64,000 nucleotides of DNA from an uncultured Bacteroidales bacterium (GCA_964349765.1 CAYGGZ010000010.1:1277-65276), one strand, 5' to 3'; shown: positions 9,753 to 20,225, numbered from the stretch's first letter. Notes: generated by a model not told the origin, from the sequence alone. Program-made: numbers and translations.

Positions 9753-12149
9753 TCAAAACTCCAGCATAATTCCAATTGTTGGAAGCACTGTACCTGTAGG
9801 GTTACTCAGTTCGATAAGCTCATACCGCTCTATTCCATTCTCATCTGTAAAGGGTGGCATATTTTCCTCTCTTAGCACTACCGGAGGTAATTGTGCCTGA
9901 AAGTTATATGCATTCTGGATATCGAGATACAACATCAACGAAAATCTTTCGAAAAAATATTGTTTGTCTATGCGTAGATCAAGCTGATGAAATGAGGGGA
10001 GTCTTTCGGTATTAAACCTTGAATAATCCAGATACCCCCTTCCTTGCAAATCCCATGCATCGGTGCGGCTCGATACATCCATATCAAAAGGTGTAAATGG
10101 GGCACCACCCGAGAAGCGCCACTTGGCTCCGATAAACCAATTGCGCGGTAGGCTGTATGTGGCAGTAAGATTGATTAGATGCCTGCTGTCCCAGGCCGAA
10201 GGTATAAATCCCCCATTCCTGACATCTCTGAATTCACTTCTCACCAAAGTATAGGATAATATCACATTAAGCCCTTCAAACCTTTGTTCGCGGTATAATA
10301 GCTCAAGCCCGTAAGATCTGCCTCGGGCTGTTGATACAACTTCTTCATCTCCAAATATGCCGAAGTCAACTGATTTGCTGCCTATTGCCACAGAATCAAC
10401 TACCGAGAAGGGGTAATTAAAGTAATCCTTGTAAAACCCCTCAAGTGTAATTTTTGTAGCCCGGGTGGGAAAGTATTCTATCCCTCCGACTAAATGATTT
10501 ACCCCTTTGAATTTCAAATTATTTTTACGGTTGCTCAACACTCCCTGATTGTTCCTAAATCCTAAAGTAGTATATGCCGGAAGTTGGAAAAACCTGCCGG
10601 CGCTGAAGTTGAGCGAAAAATTCTCCCTCAGCCTGTATGAACCTGATAATCGTGGCGATAATTGATTTATAGGATTGGCCATTTCGTCGGAGTAATTATT
10701 GGCATCTGTTCTCACTCCTAACGAAAGTGATAGCCTGTCGTTTAAAAACGCTCTGGTTACCTGTCCAAACACACTCCACTTAAACATATCAAACTCTGAA
10801 TTGTAGTCTATCACGCGTGGCTGACCCAGCAGGAAAAGCTCCCTATATGTGTCGTTAAGGTATTTTGCATATTCGCCCCCACCGCCAAACATAAATCTGT
10901 ATGGCCCAGTTTGGATTGTACGCTCGTATCTTACTTTGTTTTCAATTTCATCCGACTCATAATCAAATATTCGGGGTATATCCTCATTATTATCGGGGTG
11001 TTTGAATGAAAAATTGCGGAGCATATTCCGGCTTATTACAAATCTGTCGAACCCGTTGTCTCTGAATCTTCGGTAAACCACACCAATAGCATAATTCCAC
11101 TGCTCATTTACGGGTAAATAATCAAGTATAAACCTTTGCTCCCTTGTTTCATTAGCCTCAAGATTGAGCCTGAATTGATCCAGCGCTCCGATACCTAATA
11201 CTGTTATTTCTGACCTGTCGGAGAGCCTTGTGTCCGTTTTGAATTGAAAGGAATTGTAGGTAGGCAGAAAAGGAAGCCCGATGACGCTAAACAGAAATTG
11301 CAGGTATGACCTTCTGGCCGAGGCTATCAAGGTGGTATTTGCCGACAATGGACCATCAATTGTGAGCCCAAGGTCGCTTGCACCTAAAGTGGTTCTTACA
11401 TTCATCCGCTCAGTATTTCCGCGCACTTGTCTGAACTCAAATACCGAACTCAAGGCATTTCCCCTATTGGCAGGGAAAGCGCTCGAAAACATCTCCACTT
11501 CACGTATAAAATCAACATTTATAATCCCAACAGGTCCGCCGCTTCCCCCCTGAGTGGCAAAGTGATTTAGGTTGGGGATCTCGACTCCATCCAGAAAAAA
11601 CCTGTTTTCATTTGGGCCTCCACCCCTTATGATCACATCATTGCGAAATGCCGGCGTAAAAGCAACTCCGGGCAACGACTGTATTACCCTGGAAATATCC
11701 CGGTTGCTTCCCGGGCTTCTTTCAATCTCTGCAATACCGAGCCGGCGCAGAGAGATTGGACTCTCTTCGTTCCTCTGAAAAGCAGATGCTGCAATTACTA
11801 CTTCACCGAGGTCGATATTTACCTCACGCATTCCGATATCGATATTCGACACTTTGGCGTTGGTTACCATAAATTCTTCAGTTACCTTAGATTCAAAGCC
11901 AACAGCCGAAGCCTGAAGGCGGACAAAACCCGGCTGAAGGCCTGTAAAAATAAAATTACCATCCAGATCAGAGGTGCTGCCGATGTTTGTTCCGAATATT
12001 ACAAGGTTTGTAAAGGGTAGCGGCTCATTGTTCGTTTCATTATATACACGGCCTCTGATGGTGCCGTTTTGAGAAAAGGCAGAAAAGTTAAACAATGTTA
12101 CCATTACTGCAAAAGCATAAATATACTTCAATCTTATTGGTTTTGTCAT
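9753..12149 (-). CDS. TonB-dependent receptor with N-terminal carboxypeptidase-regulatory-like domain
   Basis: 798 aa. Signal peptide, GTIRGRVY...LPFTNLVI (CarboxypepD_reg), plug-like region, and a beta-barrel ending in the aromatic residue ...GIMLEF. Confidence 0.85.
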   Translation of the reverse strand: MTKPIRLKYIYAFAVMVTLFNFSAFSQNGTIRGRVYNETNNEPLPFTNLVIFGTNIGSTSDLDGNFIFTGLQPGFVRLQASAVGFESKVTEEFMVTNAKVSNIDIGMREVNIDLGEVVIAASAFQRNEESPISLRRLGIAEIERSPGSNRDISRVIQSLPGVAFTPAFRNDVIIRGGGPNENRFFLDGVEIPNLNHFATQGGSGGPVGIINVDFIREVEMFSSAFPANRGNALSSVFEFRQVRGNTERMNVRTTLGASDLGLTIDGPLSANTTLIASARRSYLQFLFSVIGLPFLPTYNSFQFKTDTRLSDRSEITVLGIGALDQFRLNLEANETREQRFILDYLPVNEQWNYAIGVVYRRFRDNGFDRFVISRNMLRNFSFKHPDNNEDIPRIFDYESDEIENKVRYERTIQTGPYRFMFGGGGEYAKYLNDTYRELFLLGQPRVIDYNSEFDMFKWSVFGQVTRAFLNDRLSLSLGVRTDANNYSDEMANPINQLSPRLSGSYRLRENFSLNFSAGRFFQLPAYTTLGFRNNQGVLSNRKNNLKFKGVNHLVGGIEYFPTRATKITLEGFYKDYFNYPFSVVDSVAIGSKSVDFGIFGDEEVVSTARGRSYGLELLYREQRFEGLNVILSYTLVRSEFRDVRNGGFIPSAWDSRHLINLTATYSLPRNWFIGAKWRFSGGAPFTPFDMDVSSRTDAWDLQGRGYLDYSRFNTERLPSFHQLDLRIDKQYFFERFSLMLYLDIQNAYNFQAQLPPVVLREENMPPFTDENGIERYELIELSNPTGTVLPTIGIMLEF

Positions 12150-12346
12150 AAATATCGCTACTTTAATTGTAGTTTATGAATCTGAAACAAAATATTTTGA
12201 AAAATGTTTTTGTTTAACGTTTTTTAGAATAAATTAAAAATCCCATAATCCGCTAATGACATATAGAGGGATTCGATGAAAAGGTTGTTCAGAATCAGGA
12301 ACAACTAATGTAAATATTATTTTTACAGTTGCTGCCTCCCTCGATA

Positions 12347-13621
12347 CTATTTCCTGTTGGTTGTGGACGAGTGTTTCAATTTAGAGAACAACCCGAGCTT
12401 ATAAACTGTAAAAAGTAATAAAATCACCGCTAAAGCCACGCCGGATAACACAATAACATTTCCGATTCGTAGCAAAAAATTTGGTTCTGGCCCCCATCCT
12501 GCCAATGGATTTTCTATAACGGCATCTGCATTTTTAATTGATAAAACATCGAATACGGGAGTAGACGGGATTAGTAAGTTATTGGATTTCAAATTGGCAA
12601 TGGAGTCGGTCATTGTGTAATTCGCTGTTGTAATCTGCAGTGGTTTCCATTCCAGAGCATTCAAATCAAATAAGTATGTTGCCAGTACCATTCCAAAAGC
12701 ACCCGTAATGTTTGTCAGGATGCTTTCCATTTCAGGAAAATGATAAAACCTAACATTGTGAATGTAATTGGTTTGGGGTAGCAATTCCTTGAATTCTAAT
12801 GGGTATTGAAGACCATTTTTGGCATTCGCCAGAATAGCTCCTTGTGAGCAAGCTATGGATACAAATGCATTAGGGAATTCATCGTGTGTAAATAATAGAT
12901 GCTGCAATGGTGCGAAAGGAGACTCCAAAAGTGGAAGTTCAAAAGGCATAGTTTGTTCACTTGGAAAAACTGAGTAAAGAGCTTCGCCTCTATGTATCCT
13001 TGCTCTTATTCTTGGATAATGGTTTTGGTTTAAGGCAATTTCATTGATATATTCTATATCCCAATATTCTTGAAAAAGCTTTGATTCCTTAGCCAGTTGC
13101 AATTCTTCTTCTTCGGTTAAGCTAATGATTTGATTGCTGGATGTTAGCTTCGGAAGCTTAACAATTAAAGCCAACAGGTCGTCAAAATTTAACAAACCGG
13201 TAGTTGTTCTGATAATGTAGCTTTTCCCCAAGGAGATAGGGGGAAATTGTTTCATATCCGGATTATTACATATTATGTCGGTGCTTGGGGAAAAAGTTAG
13301 GATTGTGGGTTGATGCTCGAATCTTGCAGTTAAGGCAAAGCTTTTCGAAGCAACAATTACTAAATTTTTGAAGTTGCTATCGATAATGCCTTTCTCGAGC
13401 ATATCGTTATAAACTTTTTCCAACGCTGGCAAACTTTCCAAAACCCGTGACCGGGTTTGAGCAATTGGGGTTACATCTTCATACTGCATTATTAAGGTAA
13501 TATTTCCCTGAGGACTTTTGATTGCTTCAGAAAAAGGTACGGTTGCCTTTAACTGGATAAAGAAGATGAGAATAAGCGCCAAAGAGATTAACGGGATTTT
13601 AAAAAATGTTGGTAAGTTCAT
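12347..13621 (-). CDS. Hypothetical membrane-anchored protein
   Basis: 424 aa with an N-terminal TM (IPLISLALILIFFIQL) and a C-terminal TM (VIVLSGVALAVILLLFTVY). No family recognised. Confidence 0.5.
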   Translation of the reverse strand: MNLPTFFKIPLISLALILIFFIQLKATVPFSEAIKSPQGNITLIMQYEDVTPIAQTRSRVLESLPALEKVYNDMLEKGIIDSNFKNLVIVASKSFALTARFEHQPTILTFSPSTDIICNNPDMKQFPPISLGKSYIIRTTTGLLNFDDLLALIVKLPKLTSSNQIISLTEEEELQLAKESKLFQEYWDIEYINEIALNQNHYPRIRARIHRGEALYSVFPSEQTMPFELPLLESPFAPLQHLLFTHDEFPNAFVSIACSQGAILANAKNGLQYPLEFKELLPQTNYIHNVRFYHFPEMESILTNITGAFGMVLATYLFDLNALEWKPLQITTANYTMTDSIANLKSNNLLIPSTPVFDVLSIKNADAVIENPLAGWGPEPNFLLRIGNVIVLSGVALAVILLLFTVYKLGLFSKLKHSSTTNRK

Positions 13622-14049
13622 ATTCGAGTTTTAAAAGTTTTGGTTGATTAATAAAATAATAGACGTTTTTTACAAATACAAAAGAGACTCTGCCTCGACT
13701 GGCTTAACACCCTAAGCTTGCCGTTCCTTAATACACGTCTGGCTCCACAATAAGCACACGATGTAGCAATGCCCTCAACATTTTGCGGAAACTGCAGTGC
13801 GCTTGATGATAGCTTAGTTAGCAAAACCTGCTTTTCTTTTTCGCTCACCATAGCAAACAGTGGTTCTATCTGTTAAGATGTGTTCATTTTACTTGAAGTT
13901 AGGTTGCAACACAAACGTAACATTTTTATCTGTTATATTTTGGAAAACAGCCAATGGTTTAAACAGATTAATCAATGCAATGTTGTATGATAATCGGACC
14001 ACCAGATTGGTACCGAGCACTATATCATTAATTTATGCTTTAATCCGGA

Positions 14050-14832
14050 TTACGGATTAAATTGCTCTTCAAGAATTTTTTTCAGTTCTGCGGGTGTTAG
14101 GTTGAGTTTTAATTCGCTTCCCTTTGCTAATGCAATATTTCCTGTTTGTTCAGAAACCACAATGGCTATAGCATCAACTCTTTCCGACAGCCCTAAAGCA
14201 GCACGATGCCGCAAACCCAAATATTGGGGCAGTTCGGAATTGTTCGATACCGGCAGAATACAACGTGCGGCAACGATACGATTATTTAGAATTATTACAG
14301 CGCCGTCATGAAGAGGGCTGTTCTTGAAAAAGATGCTCTCAATCAAATGGCTTGAGATGCGTGAATCAATCTTTTCTCCTGTTTCAATATACTCCTCCAG
14401 AACCTGTGTTCCACCAATTACAATAAGCGCGCCTGTGCGACCCGCCGACATGGAGTGGCAGGCCTTAACTAAAGGGTCAATATTCAAAGGCGAATCATTA
14501 CCAATACTAATCCTCCAGAAAAAAAACCTTCGCCGTTGTTTTCTAATAAACGAAGGCGTACCCAACAATAACAGGAATTTCCTGATTTCGGGCTGAAACA
14601 CAACAATAAGAGCAATGAAACCTACGCTGATAAAAGCACCCAGAATTTCGCTGAGCATCTCCATTTCGAGGATTCTTACCAGCCACCAGATTAGAAAAAC
14701 TGTTACGATGCCAATAAAAATACGAATGGCTGCCGTGCCTTTAATCAGGTTGTAGAGTTCAAACATCAGGTAGGCAACCAGTACAATATCAATTATATCG
14801 AGCAGTCGTACAGTTATGAAAAGGTCAATCAT
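14050..14832 (-). CDS. cdaA: Diadenylate cyclase CdaA (c-di-AMP synthase)
   Basis: 260 aa. Three N-terminal TM helices plus a DisA_N domain: GALIVI...PLHDGAVII...RHRAALGLSERVDAIAIVVSEQTGNI. It overlaps folP by 4 nt. Confidence 0.9.
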   Translation of the reverse strand: MIDLFITVRLLDIIDIVLVAYLMFELYNLIKGTAAIRIFIGIVTVFLIWWLVRILEMEMLSEILGAFISVGFIALIVVFQPEIRKFLLLLGTPSFIRKQRRRFFFWRISIGNDSPLNIDPLVKACHSMSAGRTGALIVIGGTQVLEEYIETGEKIDSRISSHLIESIFFKNSPLHDGAVIILNNRIVAARCILPVSNNSELPQYLGLRHRAALGLSERVDAIAIVVSEQTGNIALAKGSELKLNLTPAELKKILEEQFNP

Positions 14833-15677
14833 AATGATAACGTTTTGTTGTTTGAGACAAGAAATTTTTCAACAAGTATAACAGTTTCAACAGCTTCCTT
14901 TACATCGTGAACCCTAAGAAAGGCGGCTCCGTTCAACAATGCAATAGTATGAAGTACGGTTGTTCCATTGAGTGCACCGGCAGGCAAGGTTCCCAACATT
15001 TTATTGATTAGCGATTTACGCGAAACACCAACCATCACAGGATAGCCTGTATCACAAAAATCGGAAAGATTACCAAGTAGCTGGTAATTATGTTCAACGG
15101 TTTTTCCGAATCCGATTCCTGGATCAATAATAATGGTTCCGATATCATATCTGGCTGCTTTAGCAGCCTGCGAAACAAGGAAAGCCTTCACTTCGCCGAC
15201 AACATCGTGATACTGCGGGTTGTTTTGCATCGTAGCGGGAGTTCCCTGCATATGCATCAAAATACAGGCTGCTTTGAATTCCGAAATTACTGCGAACATT
15301 TTATTATCGGCAGCGCCTCCGGTTATATCGTTAATGATATGCGCTCCGGCTTCGAGCGCGGCTCTGGCAACTTCTGAACGATAGGTGTCGGACGAAAGAA
15401 TTACACCGGGAAATGTGCTTCTCAGAACCTTGATGGCTGGAATGAGCCTGTCGAGCTCTTCCTGATGGGATATTTCTGTTGCACCCGGCCGCGACGACAT
15501 TGCCCCAACATCAAGTATCGAAGCTCCCTGCTCAATCATCATAGCCGCTCTTTCAACCAAGGCATCCGTGTCTTCGACCCTGCTGCCCTCAAAAAAAGAG
15601 TCGGCGTTCAGATTCAGGATGCCCATGATCAACGGTCTGCAAAATTCAATCGTTCGGTCTGCGGCTCTTAACACCAT
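14829..15677 (-). CDS. folP: Dihydropteroate synthase
   Basis: 282 aa. GILNLNADSFFEGS, ILDVGAMSSRPG, INDITGG, IIDPGIGFGKT and LVGVSRKS-type motifs. Confidence 0.9.
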   Translation of the reverse strand: MVLRAADRTIEFCRPLIMGILNLNADSFFEGSRVEDTDALVERAAMMIEQGASILDVGAMSSRPGATEISHQEELDRLIPAIKVLRSTFPGVILSSDTYRSEVARAALEAGAHIINDITGGAADNKMFAVISEFKAACILMHMQGTPATMQNNPQYHDVVGEVKAFLVSQAAKAARYDIGTIIIDPGIGFGKTVEHNYQLLGNLSDFCDTGYPVMVGVSRKSLINKMLGTLPAGALNGTTVLHTIALLNGAAFLRVHDVKEAVETVILVEKFLVSNNKTLSL

Positions 15678-15776
15678 TGCATCACAAATAATTTGTATTT
15701 TTAACGCCTGAAGCGAGCAAAATTTACTTTTGCTGTTTCAAAAACAGCAAATAAAAAGTGCTAAATTAGCAACATT

Positions 15777-16343
15777 ATGCAAAGCAATACTTTATTGCAC
15801 TACGACCAGATACTGCAGCAGTGCAGAGAGGTGTTCATTGTTAAGATGCAGGACTACGGCACCGCATGGCGAATTTTGCGAACACAATCGCTCACCGATC
15901 AGATCTTTATCAAAGCAAAACGCATCAGAAGTATTCAGGAAAAAGGAGTTCAACAGGTAGAAGAAGGAATTACTCCGGAATTTATCGGCATGATAAATTA
16001 TTCGATTATGGCTCTGATTCAGCTCGAACTTGGAGCAACCAATGGCAACCCGGAAACAGCCAGTTCAGAATTGATTATCTCAAAGTATGAGTTTTATGGC
16101 AATCAGTGTCGTAAGTTGTTATCGCGCAAAAACCACGACTACGGCGAGGCCTGGCGCGAAATGCGTTTGAGTTCATATATAGATATTATTTTGATGAAGT
16201 TGCTCAGGATAAAACAGATAGAGGACAACCACCGGACTACAATAGTTTCGGAAGGCGTAGATGCAAACTATTTCGACATCATCAATTATTCTGTTTTCGC
16301 TTTAATCAAACTCAACGAATCTGAAGAAACCAAATCAATATAA
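15777..16343 (+). CDS. DUF1599-like protein with two tandem copies of the domain
   Basis: 188 aa. Internal duplication is visible: MQDYGTAWRILRTQSLTDQIFIKAKRIRSIQ versus NHDYGEAWREMRLSSYIDIILMKLLRIKQIE. It is divergent from folP, as is usual in Bacteroidota. Confidence 0.6.
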   Translation: MQSNTLLHYDQILQQCREVFIVKMQDYGTAWRILRTQSLTDQIFIKAKRIRSIQEKGVQQVEEGITPEFIGMINYSIMALIQLELGATNGNPETASSELIISKYEFYGNQCRKLLSRKNHDYGEAWREMRLSSYIDIILMKLLRIKQIEDNHRTTIVSEGVDANYFDIINYSVFALIKLNESEETKSI

Positions 16344-16356
16344 ATTTTTAAGTAAC

Positions 16357-17481
16357 ATGAAACGAGTAGCGTATTTCTTTAGTGTTTTTGTAGGATTAGT
16401 ATTTATCTTTTCTGGATTTGTTAAAGGAGTTGATCCGCTGGGCACTGCCTTTCGCATTGAAGATTATCTTGCAGCTTTCGGGTTCGACTGGCTCCAACCT
16501 GCAGCGCTTTTTTTATCTGTGGCTCTATGTGTGTTTGAGCTTTCGCTCGGTATATTTCTAGTGTTGCGTGTTTACCCCGTAATGTCGTCGTGGGCTTTAC
16601 TGCTTATAATGTCGTTTTTTACTATTCTGACCCTAAATGATGCAATAAACAAACCCGTTGCCGACTGCGGCTGCTTTGGCGACGCTATTAAACTAACACA
16701 TCTGCAAACGTTTTTAAAGAACGTTGTACTGATGGTTCCAACAATAATCATTTTTATATACCGGCGAAAAATAACTCCATGGTTCGGAAAACAGGGGCAG
16801 TTGGCGGTTATGCTGTCTATACCGTTGGTTTTCACAGCTTTTACGGTCTATAATTACCGTAATCTTCCAATGATTGATTTCCTGCAGTGGAAAGTAGGCC
16901 AGCAAATGATGCCCCCACGTGAACTGCCTGTAGAGTTTTATCTTACTTACCGAAATATTATCACTGGCGAAGTTAAAGAGTTTCTATCGCCTCACTTTCC
17001 TTTCGATGATCCTGATTGGCTGAACGAGTGGCATTTTGTTTCGCAAAGAGTTGTAGATCCGAACCCTCCGCCACCTCACGGTTTGGCTATTTTCGACGGC
17101 TATTTAAATAATCTGACGGAACACTTTATCGCTAATCCCGAGTATCAGTTTTTACTCGTAGTTTGGGATGCAGAAACAGCTAATGTTGAAGCGCTCAAGG
17201 AAATGAATTCTTTTTTTCAGCAAACCGAAACCGATGGTCATTCTTTTATTGCAATAGCAGCAAGCCCGACAGATCTCGATTTGCTTCAGCAAAAAGTATC
17301 ACCATTCTACGAGATATATATTGCCGATGATGTTGAGCTTAAAATGATGGTTCGTTCAAACCCGGGGTTAATACTGATGAAGGATGGCATTGTTATCGAA
17401 AAATGGAGTCATCACCGCTTTCCGGAATACGAAGAGGTTGCGGCAAAGTTCCTGAATCCGGATGTGAACGCTACTCCTTGA
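16357..17481 (+). CDS. DoxX-like integral membrane protein with C-terminal soluble domain, uncharacterised
   Basis: 374 aa. About 4 N-terminal TM helices (FFSVFVGLVFIFSGFVKG...) and a CGCFG motif, then a roughly 200-aa hydrophilic C-terminal half. Confidence 0.55.
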   Translation: MKRVAYFFSVFVGLVFIFSGFVKGVDPLGTAFRIEDYLAAFGFDWLQPAALFLSVALCVFELSLGIFLVLRVYPVMSSWALLLIMSFFTILTLNDAINKPVADCGCFGDAIKLTHLQTFLKNVVLMVPTIIIFIYRRKITPWFGKQGQLAVMLSIPLVFTAFTVYNYRNLPMIDFLQWKVGQQMMPPRELPVEFYLTYRNIITGEVKEFLSPHFPFDDPDWLNEWHFVSQRVVDPNPPPPHGLAIFDGYLNNLTEHFIANPEYQFLLVVWDAETANVEALKEMNSFFQQTETDGHSFIAIAASPTDLDLLQQKVSPFYEIYIADDVELKMMVRSNPGLILMKDGIVIEKWSHHRFPEYEEVAAKFLNPDVNATP

Positions 17482-17501
17482 TATAAATAGCAGATTCTGG
17501 T

Positions 17502-18581
17502 ATGGCTTGGTTCGTTGTAAGGAGGTTATATTACGGCTTTTTTGTACTACTGGGTGTGATCACAGTAGTGTTTGTGCTGTTCAAGATTTTGCCTGGCGAT
17601 CCGGCCCGTATGATGCTTGGGCAGCGCGCCGATGTTAGCACGGTCGAAGCTATTAACCGCGATCTCGGTCTCGACCGGCCCGTACTTGTTCAGTACTTTA
17701 ACTTCCTTAACGACCTGTCGCCTATCGCCTGGTTCAACCGTCATGATGCATCTGGATACTGGTATCTCGATCCCACAAAGTACAGCTATACAGTTCTTTT
17801 CAGTACCGGATCATCGGGAGTTGTGGTGTTGAAAGAGCCTTATTTACGCCGCTCGTATCAGAACCAAAGGCCAGTAACTTCAATCATAGCCGAAGCTTTT
17901 CCCAATACGGCCATCCTTGCAATGGTTTCCATGTTATTTGCAATGATAGCTGGCATAGCCATAGGAGTTTTTGCTGCTTTGAACCGCGATAGTTGGATTG
18001 ACAGGCTTTCGATGGTACTTTCAGTTTTTGGAATGTCGTTGCCATCATTTTTTGCCGCTATCCTTATCGCCTGGCTCTTTGCTTTTGTTCTGGCCGATTA
18101 CACCGGGTTGAACATGTCGGGCAGTCTATATAGTGTTGATGATTTCGGACGGGGAAAGTATCTCGACCTGAAGAATCTCATATTGCCAGCCATTACATTG
18201 GGGATAAGACCTTTGGCAGTAGTGTCGGCGCTAACTCGGAATGCTGTGCTCGATGTAATGTCGCAGGATTACATCCGGACAGCTTTTGCCAAAGGATTAA
18301 GCAAAGGGCGAATAATTTGGGTGCATGTAATGCGCAATGCCATGAACCCCGTGGTTACTGCCATTTCGGGCTGGTTTGCATCGCTAATGGCTGGAGCGGT
18401 GTTTGTTGAATATGTGTTTGGCTGGAAGGGGCTGGGGGTGATTATTGTTGATGCCCTCGAAAAATATGACTTCCCGGTGATAATGGGAACTGTCTTGTTT
18501 GTGTCGGTTGTACTGATTATAATCAATATTGCCGTCGACATTGTTTATGGATGGCTCGACCCGAGAGCAAGAGTTGATTGA
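17502..18581 (+). CDS. ABC transporter permease (DppB/OppB-type); no cognate ATPase or binding protein in the window
   Basis: 359 aa. N-terminal LPGDPARMMLG motif, EAA-like loop YIRTAFAKGLSKGRIIWVHVMRNA, and multiple TM segments. Confidence 0.8.
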   Translation: MAWFVVRRLYYGFFVLLGVITVVFVLFKILPGDPARMMLGQRADVSTVEAINRDLGLDRPVLVQYFNFLNDLSPIAWFNRHDASGYWYLDPTKYSYTVLFSTGSSGVVVLKEPYLRRSYQNQRPVTSIIAEAFPNTAILAMVSMLFAMIAGIAIGVFAALNRDSWIDRLSMVLSVFGMSLPSFFAAILIAWLFAFVLADYTGLNMSGSLYSVDDFGRGKYLDLKNLILPAITLGIRPLAVVSALTRNAVLDVMSQDYIRTAFAKGLSKGRIIWVHVMRNAMNPVVTAISGWFASLMAGAVFVEYVFGWKGLGVIIVDALEKYDFPVIMGTVLFVSVVLIIINIAVDIVYGWLDPRARVD

Positions 18582-18606
18582 TTTATAGCAATTTAACAAA
18601 TAATTT

Positions 18607-19371
18607 ATGACAAAACGAACTAAGATTGTTGCAGGCAATTGGAAAATGAACAAGACCTTTCAGGAAGCCGAATCGCTGCTTTCAGAGTTAGCAGAGCGTA
18701 TTAATGCCGAAGATCTCGAAAAAACATTAGTTGTGGTGTTCCCTCCGGCGGTATATCTTGAGTTGGCTAACGATATTTTGCACGGTACAGGCATTTTCCA
18801 CGGCGCTCAGAATATCAGCGACAAACAGGAGGGCGCATTTACAGGAGAAATATCAGCACAAATCGTTGCCTCTGCTGGCGCCAATTTTGTGATTGTAGGA
18901 CATTCTGAACGCCGGACATTTTTTGGCGAAACGGACGAGTTGCTCGCAATCAAAATAAAGACGGCTATCAATAATGGGCTTACTCCTGTATACTGCTGCG
19001 GCGAACGACTGCAGGAGCGTACTGATGGAGTTCACAAGGAAGTGGTTGGCAAACAAATAAATACAGCGCTTTTCGGGTTCGACCCAGACAATTTTGAAAA
19101 GATAATTATTGCTTATGAACCTGTGTGGGCTATTGGAACCGGAGTAAATGCCACACCCGAACAGGCGCAGGAGATGCATGATTGTATCCGCAAATTAGTT
19201 AGTGTAAAATACGGAAAAGAGATTGCCGCCAAAACGGTTATTCTCTACGGCGGAAGCTGTAACTCAAAAAACGCTCCGGTATTGTTTTCGCAGCCTGATG
19301 TTGACGGTGGGCTTATAGGCGGCGCATCGCTAAATGCTGAGGAGTTTGTTAAAATTGTACGATCATTCTGA
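18607..19371 (+). CDS. tpiA: Triosephosphate isomerase
   Basis: 254 aa. VAGNWKMN, VGHSERR, AYEPVWAIGTG and GGASL motifs. Confidence 0.95.
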   Translation: MTKRTKIVAGNWKMNKTFQEAESLLSELAERINAEDLEKTLVVVFPPAVYLELANDILHGTGIFHGAQNISDKQEGAFTGEISAQIVASAGANFVIVGHSERRTFFGETDELLAIKIKTAINNGLTPVYCCGERLQERTDGVHKEVVGKQINTALFGFDPDNFEKIIIAYEPVWAIGTGVNATPEQAQEMHDCIRKLVSVKYGKEIAAKTVILYGGSCNSKNAPVLFSQPDVDGGLIGGASLNAEEFVKIVRSF

Positions 19372-19379
19372 CACTGTAC

Positions 19380-20225
19380 GTGATGGAGCAACTGTACATC
19401 AAAGTGGAACTCACCGCACCAAACAACGAGCAGTTAAGAGAGTTGCTGACCGCTAAGCTCCTGCAATCAGGCTTCGATAGCTTTATGGAAACAGATGAGG
19501 GAATCAATGCATATATCCCTTCGGATGAGTTTGATTCTAATCTGCTTATGAGTGTAATTGCTTCGTTCAACAACGCTGTTCAACTCGTTTCTATAGCGCC
19601 ACAAAAGCAGGAAAACTGGAATATATTGTGGGAAAGCAATTATGAGCCGGTTACAGTTGCAGGAAAATGTCTGGTACGAGCGCCATTTCATCCCCAAATG
19701 CCTGGGTTTGCTTATGAAATTACAATCCTGCCGAAAATGGCCTTCGGAACGGCACACCACGCAACAACAAAACTGATGATTGGTTTATTGCTGCAAAGCC
19801 AGCCAACAGGAAAAAAGGTTCTCGACATCGGATGTGGTACAGGAGTGCTTGCTATTCTGGCTTCAATGATGGGAGCTACCATTGTAACGGCGATAGATAA
19901 CGATGAGTGGGCAGTGAAAAACGCCATTGAAAACAACGAACTCAATGGAACCAATGTTGAGGTGTTTGCAGGCGATGCATCAGCCATTCCTGCCACAGAC
20001 TATGATCTTATTATGGCCAACATCAACCGCAATGTGTTGTTTGAGGATTTTGGAAATTACATAAGTCATCTGAGTAGAAACGGTAAAATTTTCCTTAGCG
20101 GTTTTTATGAGGAGGATATTGCAATAATCCAGGTTGAAGCCGCACGGTATGGCTTTGTGTGCGAATCGAAACATACGCTCGACGACTGGTTTGCTCTTGT
20201 TTTCGTAAAGGATACACAACAATGA
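19380..20225 (+). CDS. prmA: Ribosomal protein L11 methyltransferase
   Basis: 281 aa. AFGTAHHATT and the SAM-binding motif VLDIGCGTGVLAI. Confidence 0.85.
   Translation: MMEQLYIKVELTAPNNEQLRELLTAKLLQSGFDSFMETDEGINAYIPSDEFDSNLLMSVIASFNNAVQLVSIAPQKQENWNILWESNYEPVTVAGKCLVRAPFHPQMPGFAYEITILPKMAFGTAHHATTKLMIGLLLQSQPTGKKVLDIGCGTGVLAILASMMGATIVTAIDNDEWAVKNAIENNELNGTNVEVFAGDASAIPATDYDLIMANINRNVLFEDFGNYISHLSRNGKIFLSGFYEEDIAIIQVEAARYGFVCESKHTLDDWFALVFVKDTQQ

Noticed and set aside
20159-20221. The ORF-track start at 20159 for the giant protein, and the long starts for folA (35086) and thyA (35931).
   Set aside because: These starts would overlap the preceding or following genes by 30-90 bp. They would also add non-homologous N-terminal residues. 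The internal ATGs (20222, 35020, 35844) reproduce canonical N-termini (MITIIAAV..., MKQYHDLL...) or an ATGA stop-start overlap.
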